From positions 1,313,158 through 1,377,157 of the forward strand of contig OZ199838.1 in NCBI GenBank assembly GCA_964304625.1: a DNA stretch of 64,000 nucleotides. The letters run 5' to 3'. This document shows positions 29,359-41,819 of this stretch, piece by piece. The notes under the pieces are model-generated. The model had not been told where the DNA came from. It worked only from the letters and a program-made list of their open reading frames with translations, and did not search any database. Position 1 is the first letter of the stretch, and every line of letters begins with the position of its first letter. The translations under genes were made by a program, and so were the position numbers. Source of the DNA: Kudoa neothunni (lineage: Eukaryota > Animalia > Cnidaria).

Positions 29359-30619
29359 CCTATATTTGGATGCTTCTTTGGGCTAACTTTTATTCATTGA
29401 TAATTATTCACTCGAAATTACTTTTATTAATAATATTCTATGTAAAAACCAAAAACATTTTTCGCAATAGTTTTGTAGTATACGAAATTTAAAAAAAATT
29501 TTCGTTTATTATGTTACCAGGTGAGTAATATGTTAACAGACCTTATAGTGTTTACTCCGTTATTTGTCTTGGCTATATATAAAATGACTTACTTTATGCA
29601 TCTAACAGTATAGGAAAGTTTATTTTTTGATTAAAAAAATTTAAATATAGGAATGGAAATTTATATTAAATGACATTTCTCTAAAATTTAAGTTATTTTT
29701 ATTTGTTTTTAAATAAATAATATGATAATATTAGTTTTTAATTTAAGTAACATCAAACCTTTACGAATAAAATACTATACGAGTTTTTTATAATTAATTC
29801 TCATACATTTCATATAATAAATAAGGATCGACCTCAACAATGAAAATGTGAAGATTTTCTTAGATGCGATGGGACCCATATCCAATTCAGTCATAAATTT
29901 AAAATAATAATAATAATACCTCCAAATCATTAAATAATACATAAATAATAAATTTTCAATACTAATCTACAAAATTTAAATTAAGAATTTAATGATAAAG
30001 TATTTGAACTCGATAATATAAACATATACTGATATCAACGAGGTTCTCTGATTAGAGTTTCCCAACTTGTTGTAGGTGAAATCATCAGTATTATCACAAA
30101 AGATGAGTATTTTTTAATATTAAACATCGGAATTTCCGTTTTCTATTACCATAGAAACAACAATTATAACAATAAATTTGTATATTATTTTTCGATGAGA
30201 TTCCGATTAATTACTAATTGAATAAATTTTTATTTATTAACTTTTCTGATTACAACAAAAAAAATTGAAAAAAGATAGTTTAAAGGTATATAAATTTATA
30301 CTATGTAAGTAGGTTATATTAAACAGCACTTATCAATGATTGAATTAAGACTTTTTTCGAATCTAGAAATTATAAAAACTTTTTACACAAGAATAAAACT
30401 CTCAATCATATAGAAAATAAATTTTTACTGAAAAATTACATTAATTTAGCGCTTTTTGTATTTCAGCCAATCATGGTTATTTTTTGATTATTATTGCTCA
30501 GTTTGGGTAACTTATCATTATATTATCATGTTATCAATTTAAGTAAACAGTTTTTTAATTTGAGTTATTTCAGCTCTAAAACATAATTTTCAAAATTTTT
30601 ATACTTAAATCTTTTTTAA

Positions 30620-30694
30620 CCTTCTAAATAAAATAGGTCAGATTTCTACCCCATTTTTATTTGTAGGGTGTAAATTTCTCAGCTGCATAGAAGG
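30620..30694. mobile_element. 75-bp piggyBac-type miniature element
   Basis: TTAA|CCTTCTA ... TAGAAGG|TTAA: perfect 7-bp TIRs with TTAA on both sides. Confidence 0.55.
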
Positions 30695-32170
30695 TTAAAC
30701 AATGCAAAATGAACAGTACCCACTAATTATAGTAACTTTTAAATTTAAACTTAAATAACTTAAAAATAAACACCCCTGATGACATTGGGGTCAAATCAAC
30801 CCCAGAGTACAATTAAAATCAATACTACTCTTTGTGCACTTTTTTGAATTTATCACTTATTTATAAACAAAGAAAATGTAGATACAGTCTATAATTATAG
30901 AAGTTAGGAAACAAATCATTTTAATAATATTATGATAAGAATTTTTATTTTATTATAAAAATTTTTTATAGAGTAAAGTTATTTTATAATTCTATCGACT
31001 CTTTCTTAGATAAATTAATGATTAATGTACCATTTAATTCTCGATAATACTCTAATAATCTTCTAATGGATTTTGGGTATAAATCTACCTCAATGAGACT
31101 TTTAATTACATACAAGAATAAAATAACAATCTTGGTCTATTGTTTTGGCGGAAGTATACATTTTCCATCTCCGATGGACTTTGGGGTAGAAAACTAGTCC
31201 ACTATATTTTTGGCTAAAATTACAGAAGAAATATTTTTAGACTATGCATTTATAACATTATTATGTGATTCACAACTAACATTCTACCGAAAAGTTAACT
31301 ATTTTATTGTAATTTATACGGAGTTGATTTTTTAAAATATCACAAAAAAATTCCTCCACCCACAAAAGAAATTATATCGGATTATTATAAACATGACTGA
31401 ATTTTAATATTCTGAATGGAAGTAAGTTTTTATATTTTTGACGTTTATCATGGGTTAATGTTTATCTCGAATGGTAAAACTTTTATTATATTGCTTAGGA
31501 TTCTTAAATTGCTGTTCTCGCCAATATACTTTAATTTTAAAGATAGCACTACTCCCAAAGAAATATTCATTCCGAGGAAATAATTTTTAGATTATTTCGA
31601 ATTAGATTTGATGATCTCGTCCAATTATAAATCTAATGTTAAAATTAACGTTAAAAAATGTACAGGTTTAATAAAGAATTTATTACTTGTATCTGTACTT
31701 ACCTTAGCTGATTATATATAAAAACTTACTATTATCGTATCTGATTCATTTTCGGATGTTGGAACAATTCTAGGTAACAAATAAGTTAATATTTACGGAA
31801 ATAACTGGTTGGTTTCGTATAATTATTTTGTTGATGGAAATTTACTTTCATTTTTATTTCATAAAAATATAATTTCCAATTGACTAATAAATTATTATTA
31901 ATTTTCCAATTTTTTATTAATAAATTACATCTATAAATTAAATATTTTTAAACTTATTATTCACTTCGGATTGAGTATATCCCAAATGTCTAAGTCTAAT
32001 GATCAATATTTTAATAATGTGAAATGCAGTCCGACAAAAATTAAGATCATTTTATTATTATCTTCAAAAATTAAAAACACAAGTTTCAATTTCAAATCTC
32101 CTCTCAATGGAATTGAAAAAAAAGTAAATTGACATAAATCCACTGAAAAATATTACAATTTTTTTGCACA

Positions 32171-32199
32171 CGTGATGAACGACACGAAGTATTTGCTAG
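32171..32199 (+). mobile_element. Helitron-type 3' terminus (short hairpin followed by CTAG|T)
   Basis: CGTG-atgaacga-CACG hairpin, 9-nt spacer, then CTAG followed by T. Confidence 0.4.
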
Positions 32200-32416
32200 T
32201 TTAATGCAGAAAATCGAAGAAAATTTCTCGACATTATTATCATAAAAATATTTTAAACTTTATATTACTAATGAATATTGTTTATTGCTGAAATTATATG
32301 CTATATATTTGAAATGTAACTAAAAATTTTATAAAATTTAGAATACTAATAAAAAAGTCAAAAAAATTCAGATAGAAAATTTTCTAAATAAAAATTATTA
32401 ATTAAATTTTAGTCGG

Positions 32417-35291
32417 CTAATTCTTCTTCTTTATGATTATGAATATAATCGCTGCAAGAACGACCACACCTACAACTGCTGTTACTACTATTATTCTATA
32501 TAATTAATTATTATAGTATATAGCAACATTATATCTTTTTACATGGTATTTTTGGACCTAAATAAAATTATTATAATATAGTTCAATACAAATCAAGTTA
32601 CGTTGATTTCATTGTGTCATATGTTTCTCCTAAAATAAAATTACTAATCGAAAAACGATTCACATTCACCTTTCTTTATTTCACTATCTCCTTTTATCGA
32701 TTGGTCATTGCTTACGTAAACAGTTAGTTGATAATCGTTTGTGTCTTCAACGTCAGCGATTTCAAATTCGTTGCATTTTGGAAGACTTGCACAACCTCCA
32801 TCATTTTCCCCATTACACGATTTAATTAAAACTTTATCAGGATTGGTTGAATCTCTTAATTCCCAACCACAAGTATTTTCAACTACTTCCGGTGGCAGTA
32901 CCGTTGTGATCACTAATTTGTTTCCATCACGCTTAATGCTTACTATAATTTGTTTGTTTATATCCGTACTCGTTGGTAAGGGGTCTAATTTAAATTATTG
33001 AGATTATTTATTATTGAAAAAATTTACTTTCTGGAATTTCAAGGTTTCCTCCCGCTTCTTCATCAATTGTAGTTACCACGATACGATATTTTTTTAATCG
33101 ATCATAATTATTAGTGAATAATATTTCGGAGCATAAAGGAATCTCTGTGCATATATGCACTGTTTGGGGAATAGTTTTATTTGTTGGAGGAGTGGTTTCA
33201 TCAGCACCCGACCTAGCTATCTTAATTTTATCGTATTTCGATTTAGAAACGGATTCTTCAGCTGGTTCTGTAGAAATAGGCGCCTGTGGACATTGGTAGA
33301 TCAATTATAATTTTCTCCATATTTAATCTCGACATTGTAGTGACATTTAGCTGTGGAATCCGGAGTAGGCAATACGCCTATTATTTTAAAACCTTTTATC
33401 AACAAATTGATTCTCAAGCGTGAGTGCCAATTTCACTAAAAATTTATTATTTATTTTTTTGGCTATTTATATACCTGTTGTGATCTGATATATTTTGGTG
33501 CCATATTCTTTATGAGCAACAACTTTAAGGTCATATTCTGTTCCCGGTCTTAATCCAACAATTGTTTGATTTTCCCTACAATAACCTCGACAAGGGTGGC
33601 TACCGACGCACATTGCTCCGACATACACATCCTTTCCTCGGGGACTAACATAATAAGCACATGTGATGTCCGAATTTGTTAGAACTTTGTCTCCATCTAT
33701 GGCTTTGATTGAAGCAGTCTTCTCGCCTACCATTGGTGTTACTCCTGGAAATATTTTAGTGTCATCATTTTCTATATAATTATCAATAAAAATTTAGTCC
33801 ATTTGTATTTCTCACTTGTTCGAAAAAATATATGTTCTTTATAAATGCCTGGAATTTCGCTTGATGTTTCGAGTGTAATTGTAAGTATATATGGTTTACC
33901 ACTCGAAAGTCCTGTTATTATTAAAGCATTCTGACAGTTTTTTTGACAAGTGCTTGCATTATCCCCACATGTAACATCTGTTTCATCGTCTTTAGGTTTA
34001 TCTGCTGCATAATATTTCACTGCACAACTGACTAATTTAATGCCTTCTGATGAATTAAATTGAGGAGCATTCAAAGTGACACCATTTTTTTTTATGTCTG
34101 ATAATAATGCATCCCCAGCAGCGGAAGGTTCAGTCACGACTAAGAGGGATTATTTGAAAGTAAAAATACTCAAATTACCCAAATGTCTTTGTTGGTATCC
34201 GATATGATAATTATTATTGGCATTTTTTGTTAACGGAAAATGCCTAGATTGGATCATTACATCTACTACAGATTTTGCACCAGTTAAACTTAGTTCGACG
34301 TCATTACAAGGAGCGTAACAGTCTTTGTTTGTTCCGCCGCAATTTGATGTATACCCATTTTTTTCGGCCGTGCTAAATGGAGTATCCTTATCTTTAATAC
34401 TGAATCGACATATTTCAGAGGGAAATTTATTTGTGAACTTTATCAAGTATTTACTTTTACCAGTATCATTATATTTAACATAATGGTGTGGTTTATAAAC
34501 ATCCATATTCCTCAATGTATATGCGTTCCGCAGTTTATAAAAGAAGCTTGGATAGTTCATACACCGCATTTCGTAATGGGGTATCATCAAATCAAATTCC
34601 ACCTCATCATCACTACCGCATGGAACAGTACAACTACTTCCAGCACCTCCTTCTGCGTATTTCACATCTTTGAAATATATAGGACAATCAACCTGTTTAC
34701 ATGTTATAGTGCTTAATTTTAGTTTCTTTGCGCTTGTAACAGTTATTGAAACTTGTGGATTAACCAGTAATGCTAATATCAAGTTTAGCAACCATCAAAT
34801 ATCATTAGTTTACCTAATTCAAGTCCGAACACTGTTCCTCCATTAGTTTTTGAAATAGGTTGCGTATCTTCTCCTGTGAAAATCACCACATACTTGGTCC
34901 TCGGTGAAAATTCATCAAAGGTAAATTTATTGCCATCTCCCGCACATGTTCTACAACAACTATTATTTGCGCATTGACCTTCAGTTTGAGAACAAGTATC
35001 TATGTCTGTATAACTTAAAAGGTTTTCGGCTGACTTTTGGATATAACATTTTTTGGGTGAATTAAAATCGTTCCCGGTCAATTTTAACTGAACGTTTATT
35101 CCGCTACTTTCTTTTAGAATAGTATAGTTGAGTGCTTTTGAAGGAGCATCTGCAGTAGTCAGCGTTTGAACTTGATTAGTTTCTCCATTTAATGAAACAA
35201 ATTTAACTACATTTCATTAAAAAATAAAATTAAATTGTTAGTTACAAGAAACGACTATGCATATTCCAAAAAAGTGTGCGAATAAATTCAT
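32417..35291 (-). CDS. Type I membrane protein with ~7 Cys-rich fibronectin-type-III-like modules; one exon carries apparent frameshifts
   Basis: Signal exon 35291-35246 (MNLFAHFFGICIVVS). Module exons joined by phase-1 introns. FN3 tyrosine-corner-like motifs FSPRTKYVVIF, GLSSGKPYILTI, GLRPGTEYDLKVVA. Micro-exons of 28 and 15 nt, then TM IIIVVTAVVGVVVLAAIIFIII and tail KKKN* (stop 32417-32419). Confidence 0.75.
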
Positions 35292-36099
35292 TTTATTCTA
35301 TGTATGATTTACACACGATAATTCTCGTTGCATTTACTACATTATTTCAATAGGACATTAGTGGATTATAAGAATGGAATTAAGATTCGCTTTAAAAAAT
35401 TATATAGAATTATAAATATGTCCAAAATTTAAACTTTATTAAATATTTATAAAAATTCTAATTGGAAATATAGAACTAATAATCTTTTTAAATTCCATAT
35501 AAAAATGTGACTACAAAATTAAATAAAAATAGTCATAAACATATTAAAAAATTGGTTTATTCAAAGAACGAAGGAATTAAAACACACTAAGACAAATACG
35601 ATTAATATTATTAATTATTCATTGACGTTCCATAGGATTAACTCCCCAATAAATTGAAACATAACTTGTATAATCTTCCATATCTATGTAATTTAATTTT
35701 GATATTAGCCATTATGAAAATAGAAAATATACAATAAATGAGGAATTTTAAATCCATGAAGCCTATACATATAAAGAATGGAATTTGATATACAGAGAAA
35801 ATTTAATGCAATTTATTTAGGAGAAATAAATTGTAATTTAAACTAATTACGCAAATTTCCTTTCACATATTAAAGTAGTATTCTTATTCAAGCAAAGATA
35901 ATCAATTCTTAAATTATCATTTATTAATTATTACAAAGGAATTAAAAAAGTTAAATGCGACTTAAGCTCATATACTCATTCTTTTCGATCAGTGATTAAA
36001 ATTTTGTTAAATAGGTTCGGTTAATAGCAAAATAATAATTCAAAGTAACGAAATAAGACTTTATTTTTTCCTTGATATATATTCAATGAATTTTTTTGT

Positions 36100-36539
36100 T
36101 AATTATATAATTATTTTTAAGGCAGTGAATCTTGCAACGAATGAGAATATCTACTAAAATAGCGTTCACATCAAACTTTCCATTTTTGGAATATAAATAA
36201 CAATTAATTAACTTTTATTAAATTAAGTTTCAAAAGAAAATCATTTGTCGACATTTTATCTCAAAATTTCCCAAATACACAAATACTGTTTAATATTTTT
36301 CTTCAATTAACTCATGTTTAAGTTAATTTACATGTAATTTTCAAATCTTAATGTGTTGATTTTATATAACGAAACGTATCGATATAGCCGGTACAGTATT
36401 TCAACACCAAATTCAGCGCTTCTCAACTAAAACTGGACTCGCATTCCCTATACGTACGATAAGGTGTAACTGACTCGAAATTTCTCAAAAATTATTTTCA
36501 ATCTTGATCGTATCTCGCACCCCCAGTTTGGAACCCTTG
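36100..36539 (+). mobile_element. Decayed 3' end of a hAT (Buster/Charlie-like) element
   Basis: Terminal CCCCAGTTTGGAACCCTTG resembles the hAT right TIR (AGTTTGGGAACCCCTG). Only weak dimerisation-domain-like fragments upstream. Confidence 0.3.
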
Positions 36540-37005
36540 ATCAAATTGTACCTGGCGAGTGTGTCAATATTAGATTACAAATTTATTCCAAACTAGAGGT
36601 TTTATGGTAACTAAAACACACCCAATCAGCGTATTTTATGTTTTTATGATAATTCATTCCAGTGATTTAGCGCCATTGAAGATTTATTAATACGAAACCC
36701 AATGATAAATTATTCGTTTGAATTTGTTCTCTATATGACTGTAAATTAGTGTTGCCTCGATACCAGCTTTGGAACAGTACTCGGTACTCGCCATAAGGTA
36801 CCGATACCAATAAAATTCCGTTTTTAAAACCAATATATAATGAAGAATAATGCGTTAAATTACATTAAAATGTATCAAGATATCTTTGAATGGGCTCTTT
36901 AAAATTATTCTTACATTTTTGTAAATCCTTACTTATTTCAATACTGAATAATACAAAATACATATTAGTTTTGCAATGTTCATTAGGCCTGTCAATAAAA
37001 CGTCA

Positions 37006-38051
37006 GGTAAAGGTAAAGTATGCGGCACCCAAAAAACGTCCTCTTGCGCATGTTTTATCGCATTTCTTTTCTCACGATTCTTGATAATAAAATAAAATAA
37101 AAGAATATGGCGAGAAAGAATTTAACACAAAATAATAACTTTAAAATTTTGAGAAGTTTTCATCCAAACACAGTCGGATGTCGGATACACGTGTAATTTC
37201 CCTCTTTTTCAACAAACATTGAATTGATCTCAAATTTTTTTTGATAATCAGTTATAAATTTGTTCTATTTCATATTTTTTATCATATAAACACAAATTTT
37301 ACAATATCGAATTTAATTATATAGGTTTTAAGCATGATTATTTTTATGACGAGATGACAACCACGTGCTCTCAAAATATATTTCTTTAATTCTCTTGGAG
37401 CTGATGAGTTTTTTTAATAATTAATCAACATTATATTTTAGATCAACATTTAATTTCAAAATGGAAATAACTTATGGCAGATTACAGGAAGTTTTTATTT
37501 TTAGGAGTAATTCCTGCGTGGGTGTTTAGATCAATATTTGATAAACGTAAAAATTTTGTTAAAAAAAACTTATAAAACAATAAAAATATAATTTATAATA
37601 TTTTTACAGTGTTTTACACATCTTTCATGGGTAGAAAAATTACTGTAATCAATTTTAAAAATTAGGTTCCAGAATTTTAATAATAAAAACTAATTAATTT
37701 CATAATTTCTATTAAAAAATTTAATAAAAAAATTATAAACTAAAATAAATCTTACTATATTAATATCTATATTTAAAAATTCATAAAGTATGTTTTTATA
37801 GTGAAAAATGAGATGTTTTTGTGAAATTTGCAAAAAATTTATTTTTAAAGTTAATTTATATAAAATTGTTACATATCAATAGTAAAAAATATAACTAGTA
37901 ATAATAAATAATTTTGAGGTTATTATTTTGAGCTAAATTTTTTTTAAACATATTCTTTCATTTTATTATATTATCAAGAATCGTGAAAAAGAAATGCGAT
38001 AAAACATGCGCAAAATAACGTTTTTTGGGTGCCGCATACTTTACCATTACC
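37006..38051. mobile_element. Non-autonomous TIR element (~1.05 kb) with long TIRs, Merlin-like termini
   Basis: GGTAAAGGTAAAGTATGCGGCACCCAAAAAACGT...TTTTATCGCATTTCTTTT..CACGATTCTTGATAATA (37006-37088) is inverted at 37969-38051. No internal ORF and no clean TSD. Confidence 0.75.
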
Positions 38052-38440
38052 ACAATCAATTAGTTAGGTTCCCTTATTAAGTAAAATCAGTAAAGTTAAG
38101 AGAAATTAAACTTTTTTTTTTGAATGACTAAAAATTTTAGCGTAATCTCATTAGAATACAACAAACGTCTAAAACCATTGAAATTTATAATGTGAACATG
38201 CGTAGAAAATGTGGTATCGGTGCGACCCTATTGTAAATTAAATGATTTAATAAAGGGATGATATAAATTTCCGTTTCAGGTATCAATTTTCTAGATACTA
38301 GCTAGCGTTTAACTAATTGTATTCCATATACGGTTTCACGATTATATAATCTGCCATGATAGAGTTTATATATATATAATGGCTTGTTTCGTATTCTTTA
38401 AATCAAAGAAAAGCATTTTTGATAAATCATTGTAATGAAT

Positions 38441-38512
38441 GATCGCGGGCGGGGTTCGAACCCGTGAACTATAGCTCAAAGGCGATGGTGTCGTACCGCC
38501 CTGATGCTTATC
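38441..38512 (-). pseudogene. tRNA-like fragment (SINE head or tRNA pseudogene)
   Basis: B-box/T-arm CGGGTTCGAACCCCG with a degenerate upstream D-loop-like GGCGGTA. Acceptor and anticodon stems do not pair well. Confidence 0.4.
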
Positions 38513-40290
38513 GTGCATACGTTGGCTTTAGTCACATCCCTTATGTAACCAACCATTACAATAATCATCAAAATAGTTAAAATTTCTAATCTAAATTAAG
38601 CAGGATGAGAGATATTTTATTCTACTAGGTGCGTCGATTGCAAGTTGACCCCCCTCACTTGCAATTTGATGTTGAAGTACTGTACGTTAATTTAGTACAT
38701 GTTAACTTTTGTTGGAGAAGTTTATTTGCAACAATATATGTAAATGAACTATTTTACAATATAATTAAAATAAAAATAATTACTTATACATTTAATTTGT
38801 GGTTTTAATTTTTATAATGGGCCTTATCGTTAAAGATCACAATTTATCGTTTTAGTATTAAAGTCAATTATACGTAACATTACTGCTTAATTTATTTTGA
38901 AAAAGATATTTCCTGTCAGTGAATATATACAGAATAATTTTCCATCTAATAATAATAATACTAATTAATAATACTAACACTACATCTATTCACATTCGAA
39001 AGCACAAGAAATCTCCGAAGAAGAAATTAAACCCTATTCAAAGCACCTATAAAATGCATAAATATATACAAACCAATATATGTTATATGTTTATGTCTAC
39101 AGAATATTGCAGTGGATTTACCCTTAGTTCAATAATCGTTATTAAGAGAACCGAAGCTATATTGGAGATAATAATGATTTAGAACTAAAAAAATTATTTA
39201 AAATTATGTAACTAGATTTGAATAAAGAGTGAAACCACTGAGAATAATTCGAAAATCAAATATAAAATAATCAGCCGAATGATCGAAAAATAATTATTAA
39301 TATATTTTTCTCAAATAAATGCTAAATACCAAACTTAAAGCATGTGAAGAGAAAGTGAATGAAGTTTCCTTGACCAAGTTACTCACTGATGGCTCCTCTT
39401 TAGAATTGTATATGAAAAATGAATCGTAGATAATTGAACTCGAAATCGACGATAATTTCATAAATTAAGTAATAAAATTGAATTTATTATCAATTTTAAA
39501 AAGATTTAAAATTTTCTTCAAAAATAAGAGTGTAGGGTCAGCTTCATATTCTGATCTAACAGTCATTGGATGACCTAAAAATGAAGACGAACAATTTAAA
39601 CTCATATAAAGTATACAAACAAACAAACAATATAATATAATAAAATATATATCCAGAATATAATAATATTTTTTGTTTTTATAGAATTTTGGAAAACTGC
39701 TTAAAAATCAAAATTTTATATTTCTCAAAATAATTATTTCCTGTTTTTATCCACATTCGATCATGAACGTATGATACAATAAACAGATAAAATTGAATGC
39801 ATTTGAGTATTTTAAGCGTGTGTGCGTGGACCCTCTTAGTAAGAATATCGTTCATTATAATTTGTTACAAACATCACAATATTTCTAATCATTGTTACTT
39901 ATAAAATAAAAAAGTTATAAATTCTTCAAGAAAATCATGAATTAATGCATAATTGACCAATTTACAGTAAAAAAGTCAACTGAGAATTTTGTTTTGAAAA
40001 TTTATTCGTTATATTTCGTATTGTTTTGTTTAAAAATTCAGTTGATTGAAACAGAAAATATCTGGACATTGAGCTGGTAAAAATTTTTGTAAATAATTTA
40101 TCAAGTAATAATCTTGGATCAAACTTACCTCCGAAGACCTCATAATTCAGCTTTTTAGCGGCATTAGACATAGAAGGTTGATGGTGTAATTATTTATTAT
40201 TGTCAAAAAGCTGTTCAAGATCGAACACATATTGTAATCAAACGAAAACCTTACGAATAATAATCCATTAAAAATGAGATTTTTAGGGTA

Positions 40291-41819
40291 TTATGGGGTA
40301 ACCGTTACTGCGAAAGAAATGGTTCGCAATCTCAAGTCGAATAATGTGTAGTATTTTTCCATTAAGGCTGTTCCAAAAACCCATTTGACTTCGTCTGAAC
40401 TTAATTTTGAATCTTTGCCATATAGTGCACTAAAGCATTTGTTGTTTTCCTAATTGAGACCAATGCAATAACGAGTATATCACATTAGAACACGAATACT
40501 TTAATGACATATTCATCTTTTGTTAGAGAAATCTCAGAATTTCCTAACTTGATCACAATAGGAGGAAGATTGTCGGTTTTGTCACAGTCGAAAACATAGT
40601 AATCATTGTTAGAATATTCAGCTCCTAACTCGCGGTTAATACTGAGGATTTGTTCCTTGGGGCCAAAAATCCATGGTATAACAGTATCAATGGCAGCAAC
40701 ACAACCATTTTTACAAGTCTGCACCGTTCCTACATTGATCCTAAAAAATTGATAATAAGACAACGAAAATATAATTTTATCTATCCACCCAGTAACATTA
40801 ATATTCCAATAACTCTCGTTTACCAATGGAACGGTTATAAAAATATTCTCGAAGAGGTTTTTATCAGCACCGCCAATTATGATCTCACCTACGGGATGGG
40901 AACTATTTTTCATTCTATTCCTCCTAAACAAATCTAACGATACATTTTTTACTCTATTAAATACTTTTTTACGTAGAATGAAAAAGCACGTGTAATTTCC
41001 TGGGATCTTAAATGTATTTCATCGATTAACGCAGCTGGATAAGCGAAAACATTTTTTTGGATGCCCAACCCAACAATTCCTTGATATTTGTCACGTTTAA
41101 ACTGTTTTCTATATTCATAAGCTCTTCCGAATTGAACGCTATTGAACGTTTGATTTCCAACCTATATACGTGTGTATAGTTAAGATACCGTATTACTAAT
41201 GATCCTAAAAATTTTATTGAGGAAAATCAGTACAATAAAAAATATTAGGCAGTAAACGTATTTAAATAGGAGGTTACGTGGAAATGATCTACAGATATGA
41301 TACCAGAAATATTTTCACGACGGTAATCAACACCAAATGTATGCATATATTTATAGTAAGTGGATGATTGTAGTGGGATAAATATATTGTTTCCACCCAC
41401 ATAAGTGATCAAATTAGCAGACATTCTACCTGAAAATATCACTGTACTAGTAATTGTGTTATCGAACAAAAATCTTAGAGTTTGCGGAGGTGTACCTACG
41501 TCAAGTTCTCCGTAATATTTTCCCTAAATCAAACAAAGATATTCAGTTGTATATTTTTGATAACGCAAAGATACTTTCATATAACTTTGCATTGGTTCTT
41601 TTACTGATGATACTTTGGAAATCATTTTCTTCATTGATGCAGCATAAAAATCAGGTTGTGTTATTTCCATCAAAGGTATTCTATATATTCGTAAAGTCTA
41701 CAGTTAGTTGTAAAGCTGACGTTCAATTACCTGAGAATTCTCCCAATGTTAAGTGGTATAACTGTTAAAATCACGCACAAACCCAGTATAAAATATTTAG
41801 GCATCGTTGGATCGTTCAT
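40291..41819 (-). CDS. Pepsin-family (A1) aspartic protease homologue with altered catalytic motifs
   Basis: Spliced ORF appears intact: signal peptide, RIPL propeptide, YYGELDVGTPPQ, FDNTITS (for DTGSS), QSSTY, GIVGLG, GEIIIGG.D, YWNINV, GCVAAIDTVIPWIFGP (for DTGTS), DCD..LP, WVFGTA..KYYTLFD...ISFA. Confidence 0.9.

Noticed and set aside
29827-29841. 15-nt exact match (GATCGACCTCAACAA) to a UGGT exon near 4519
   Set aside because: A match of this length is expected by chance within a 64-kb window.
40129-40171. Similarity of NYEVFG to the acylphosphatase N-terminus
   Set aside because: No downstream exon encoding VQGVxFR or GWVxN could be found.
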